Notes under the pieces: generated by a model
The model's input: only the letters and a program-made list of their open reading frames with translations
Databases searched by the model: none
What the model was told of the DNA's origin: nothing
Virus record (IMG/VR): IMGVR_UViG_3300007513_002297
Span: 7,272 to 71,271 of that record
Strand: one strand, 5' to 3'
DNA from: a virus
Length of the DNA stretch: 64,000 bases
Program-made: the position numbers and the translations under genes
Shown: piece by piece, positions 60,722 to 64,000 of the stretch
How the letters are laid out: the number at the start of each line of letters is the position of its first letter
Position numbering within the stretch: the first letter of the stretch is position 1

Positions 60722-62116
60722 ATGTCGTTAAAAAAGTTCGGCAAAAACGATGTCCTTGTCAACACGATGCGAACTTATCCTAAGAGTGAGTTCCTAATTT
60801 ATGACAGCAAGGTATACTATAACAATGTCCCTAACCAGTCTGGCTCCAAAAACCAATACGTAAGAAACGTTCCTCCAGGCTACATCAGCTTGTATGAGTA
60901 TAATATTGATCGCCAGTATGTAGACACCGGCCGCGATATTTCAACATCTGGCTTGGGCTTTGACGCTTCAGATGGCGTTCACGAAGCCAGCGCATCAGTC
61001 GCAGATACCGGCAGGATTTATGCGTGGACAAACAAAGGTAGTGATTACTATAACCTTACAACCGTGAGCCAAGAGGCTTATGATCTTACTCCTACTGATG
61101 ATATTTTAACGGCTACATATCCTTTCTCGGCGTCTATAACTCGTGAATTGATGGGAATAGATGGAGGAAGTATTACTGCTGGAAGCACAGCCGAAATTGA
61201 CGTTACAGAAGAAATTTCAGGCGAAGACGTACCGGTGGGTACTGATATTACACCATACTATCGTCATTATTTTGCTTTAAAGAATACCTTAGATCATAAT
61301 GGAATACAAAGTGTAAACTATAGAATTATAGGAACTTCTTCTGCGACATCCAATTGGAACAAAGCAGATCAAATAATCAATATGATATCGATACCTAAAA
61401 TCTTTTATGGGTCTCGTATCAAACCCGGCTCTCTTTCGTTAAAGTGGTATGTCACAGGAACGTTGGCTGGCGAGCTTCAAGATGCTCGACAAAATGGAGA
61501 GTTGAGGCAGGTAGCAAACTCGAGCGAGCATTCAACCGCTTATGATGATGAGTGTGCTGGTGTTGTATTATATAAAGAAGGCTTTATTTTGTTGACAGGT
61601 TCGTGGTCTTTAGATCCTGCTGCTATGGCTTTGAGCAGTAGTGGTGGTGAAGATCCCTCGTGGATTTATTTTGGTGCCGGTGCTGCCGATGGTCCATCTG
61701 CCGATCCTCCACACGGTGGCAGTAACTCTCGAGACACAGGGGTCGACGTGTCTACAAACGCATCTTTTAAGCTTTCGTTTCAGGGCGAAACAGAGACTCA
61801 AGTCATGACCATGTTCTCTCGTGCTGGTCGCGGCAAGGCTAATTTCTCTAATAATCCTACATATTTAACTTATGGACAAAGCAACTTGCAAGCGACTTCC
61901 TCTCGATTTTATGAAGAGAATCCCAACAGAACCATTTATAATTCGGTAAGCTCGAGTTATCCCGATTATGAAGCTCCTTTTAAAAAACAGGTATATGTTT
62001 CGCGAGTGGCAATTTACGATGACAAGAAAAACCTTTTGGGAATTGCAACACTTGCGAACCCGGTGCTTAAAAGAGAAGATCAAGATATAACCTTTAAACT
62101 ACGACTCGATCTGTAG
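60722..62116 (+). CDS. Tail/baseplate structural protein, paralog of 59623
   Basis: Shares IK-x-G-S/T, G-x-V-x-Y-x-x-G, N-x-S-x-NPTY and the C-terminal LLGIATLANPVLK...RLDL. Confidence 0.65.
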   Translation: MSLKKFGKNDVLVNTMRTYPKSEFLIYDSKVYYNNVPNQSGSKNQYVRNVPPGYISLYEYNIDRQYVDTGRDISTSGLGFDASDGVHEASASVADTGRIYAWTNKGSDYYNLTTVSQEAYDLTPTDDILTATYPFSASITRELMGIDGGSITAGSTAEIDVTEEISGEDVPVGTDITPYYRHYFALKNTLDHNGIQSVNYRIIGTSSATSNWNKADQIINMISIPKIFYGSRIKPGSLSLKWYVTGTLAGELQDARQNGELRQVANSSEHSTAYDDECAGVVLYKEGFILLTGSWSLDPAAMALSSSGGEDPSWIYFGAGAADGPSADPPHGGSNSRDTGVDVSTNASFKLSFQGETETQVMTMFSRAGRGKANFSNNPTYLTYGQSNLQATSSRFYEENPNRTIYNSVSSSYPDYEAPFKKQVYVSRVAIYDDKKNLLGIATLANPVLKREDQDITFKLRLDL

Positions 62117-62128
62117 TATAATATATCT

Positions 62129-62701
62129 ATGATTCTTGGATTAGATATTTCTACCAGTATTACTGGTTTTGCTATTATAGCTGATGGCGAGTTGGTTTTC
62201 TATGATTCGATTGATTTGCGAAAGCACAAAAATCACTTTAAAAAAGCAGAAATAGTTAAAGAAAGGTTGATGGATCTTTTCGAAACATATCAGTGCGGTA
62301 ATGATGATGGCGCCAGCTTTGGATATTCGGAACATCCTATCGAGCACATTTATATTGAACAACCGTTCACCTTCTTTAACTCTGGAGGCTCTTCGGCCAA
62401 AACAATGGCAACACTTCAAAAATTTAATGGAATTATATCCTGGATTATTTATGAATTGTTTGAGATTGAGCCTCAATATGTGACCGCAATGGAAGCTCGC
62501 AAGCTATGCGGCATCAAAGTTCCGAGAGGACAAAAAGCAAAACAAGTGGTACTGCAGCATTTATTAGAAACCGAAGGCGCATTTAAAATAGAGCACACAA
62601 TTCATGGCAACCCTAAGCCAGAATCGTATGATCGTGCTGATGCCATTGTGGTGGCCAAAGCGGGCTACGAAAAAAATCAGAAAAAACTTGACACTAAATA
62701 A
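62129..62701 (+). CDS. RuvC-like Holliday junction resolvase
   Basis: ILGLDISTSITG, IYIEQ, DRADA acidic catalytic set. Confidence 0.8.
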   Translation: MILGLDISTSITGFAIIADGELVFYDSIDLRKHKNHFKKAEIVKERLMDLFETYQCGNDDGASFGYSEHPIEHIYIEQPFTFFNSGGSSAKTMATLQKFNGIISWIIYELFEIEPQYVTAMEARKLCGIKVPRGQKAKQVVLQHLLETEGAFKIEHTIHGNPKPESYDRADAIVVAKAGYEKNQKKLDTK

Positions 62702-62716
62702 AAAAAAGGGTATATT
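62688..62716 (+). promoter_or_regulatory. sigma70-type promoter of hsp20
   Basis: TTGACA (62688-93), 17 bp, TATATT (62711-16). Confidence 0.7.
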
Positions 62717-62781
62717 TATAGGGTAAGCAGATCATTGCGACTGTTTACAAACTTAGACTAACATAGATAAGGAGAAATACA

Positions 62782-63267
62782 ATGACTAGTTTAATTCGTA
62801 GAAGTGCGTTTCCTGCTCGCACACTTTCAAAGCGGGAATTCCTAACTCCATTCGATGAGTTGTTCAACGGCATGTTTAATGACATGTTTCCAGCAATCCA
62901 TCAAGAGTTCGGAAACGACTTTTTTGCGCAAGGTTCTTACCCGAAGTGTAACGTGGTGAACTTCGATGATAGAGTCGAAATCGAAGCTGCTATTCCTGGC
63001 TTGACCAAGGACGATGTAGTGGTTGAAGTAATCGATGGTGTTCTGACCATTAGGGCAGAAAGTAATCAACGCTCTCAAGTTGATGATTCTCAATATGTAA
63101 AGCGCGAAGTTAAGCGTTCAGCTTTTGCTCGCTCTTTCCGACTAGGAGAAAACCTAGATGAATCCTCCATTACTGGAACTTATGAAAATGGAATTTTGAC
63201 ACTGTCTGTCATGAAGGTTCAACCTACACGTAATGAATCTATTGTGCGCACAATTGAAATTCAATAA
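62782..63267 (+). CDS. Small heat-shock protein (Hsp20/alpha-crystallin)
   Basis: YPKCNV, IPGLTKDDV, FARSFRL, YENGILTL; AAGGAG SD. Confidence 0.92.
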   Translation: MTSLIRRSAFPARTLSKREFLTPFDELFNGMFNDMFPAIHQEFGNDFFAQGSYPKCNVVNFDDRVEIEAAIPGLTKDDVVVEVIDGVLTIRAESNQRSQVDDSQYVKREVKRSAFARSFRLGENLDESSITGTYENGILTLSVMKVQPTRNESIVRTIEIQ

Positions 63268-63273
63268 TACTTT

Positions 63274-63302
63274 AGGCCCCGCTTCGGCGGGGTCTTTATT
63301 TT
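63274..63302 (+). terminator. Rho-independent terminator
   Basis: AGGCCCCGC-TTCG-GCGGGGTCT hairpin with a cUUCGg loop, followed by TTATTTT. Confidence 0.9.
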
Positions 63303-63303
63303 C

Positions 63304-63332
63304 TTGACTTAGCGGAACAATTATGATATATT
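63304..63332 (+). promoter_or_regulatory. sigma70-type promoter of the primase gene
   Basis: TTGACT (63304-09), 17 bp, TATATT (63327-32) with TGn extended -10. Confidence 0.7.
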
Positions 63333-63346
63333 GTTTCTGAGGGCAA

Positions 63347-64000
63347 ATGAATAAGAAAGAAGCAGAAAGGATTCTACATGAAGCTTTTGGAAACTACATC
63401 AACAGAGGGTCAGAGCTTCTTTTCAAATGCCCGTCGTGCGATCATCACAAGCGCAAACTCTCTATTAATCTGGACAAAAATGCTTTTAAGTGTTGGGTCT
63501 GTGATTATCGGGGTCGTAATATTAGGCGTCTTGTTAGACGTTTTGGTTCGTATACACAATTACAGAAATGGGACGCAATATCGAACCGGGAAGATATTGA
63601 GAGATTTGCTGACCTCTTTTTGGAACGAAGCTATGAGGAGATCGCGCCAAAACTGGAACTCCCGCCAGAATTCGTAAGTCTCGCAATTGATGATTTGCCA
63701 GCAACAGGCAAATTTGCTTATCGTTATTTGCGAGAGCGAGGCTTAAACAAAGATGACATTGTCCGATGGAAGATCGGATATTGTTTTTCTGGAGATTATA
63801 GAAATAGAATCATAATTCCTTCGTTTGATGATGATGGCGATGTGAGTTATTTTATCGCTCGTTCATACAATGGCGATTCCTACAAATATAAGAACCCGAG
63901 AGTCTCTAAGAACATTGTTTTTAATGAACTATTTATTAATTGGGACGAGGATTTAATTATTGTAGAAGGAGTTTTTGATGCCATTGTTGCCGGGAATGCT
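63347..64000 (+). CDS. DNA primase (Zn finger + TOPRIM), partial; absent from the ORF track
   Basis: Manual translation: MNKKEAER...CPSC...CWVC...YLRERG...RIIIP...VEGVFDA; open to the window end; GAGG SD. Confidence 0.88.
   Translation, partial: MNKKEAERILHEAFGNYINRGSELLFKCPSCDHHKRKLSINLDKNAFKCWVCDYRGRNIRRLVRRFGSYTQLQKWDAISNREDIERFADLFLERSYEEIAPKLELPPEFVSLAIDDLPATGKFAYRYLRERGLNKDDIVRWKIGYCFSGDYRNRIIIPSFDDDGDVSYFIARSYNGDSYKYKNPRVSKNIVFNELFINWDEDLIIVEGVFDAIVAGNA

Noticed and set aside
564-63093. Other short minus-strand and nested plus-strand ORFs
   Set aside because: All overlap well-supported plus-strand genes and show no recognisable motifs.
63378-63677. 99-aa ORF with a hydrophobic stretch in the ORF track
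   Set aside because: Shadow frame of the primase gene starting at 63347.
1-64000. Stop-codon recoding, inteins/introns, tRNA genes, diversity-generating retroelement
   Set aside because: TAA, TGA and TAG all end genes and long ORFs are intact. I saw no splice motifs, cloverleaf, reverse transcriptase or adenine-specific TR/VR pair; the LamG copies differ at all base types.

Overview
A 64-kb, single-strand (+) segment of a large myovirus-like bacteriophage, read in genetic code 11 with Shine-Dalgarno sites and consensus sigma70 promoters. Order: a Cas4/RecB-like nuclease; a ~22.4-kb glycan biosynthesis and transfer cluster (833-23272); small genes and a T4 gp55-like late sigma factor; a ~37-kb tail/baseplate module; then a RuvC-like resolvase, Hsp20 and a DNA primase cut by the window end. 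The glycan cluster has six soluble glycosyltransferases, a sulfotransferase, a YerE-like ThDP enzyme with PanB, RfbH and RmlB, a Maf-like/NeuB/NeuA block with a class IV aminotransferase, and a C-methyltransferase with Fcl and Gmd. The tail module has an amidase, gp25- and gp6-like wedge proteins, and giant 2266-aa and 3728-aa (LamG) proteins. Best candidate for a new system: cytoplasmic glycosylation of the virion with unusual branched or acidic sugars. The cluster lacks any membrane or lipid-carrier machinery, and neighbouring tail proteins are enriched in an [S/T]-[G/A]-S tripeptide that could be the acceptor motif. Also noted: apparent over-representation of GGCGCC and GCCGGC, a candidate late-promoter motif, gene relics and recent domain duplications. 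All assignments come from motif recognition by eye and all counts are manual; no searches were run.
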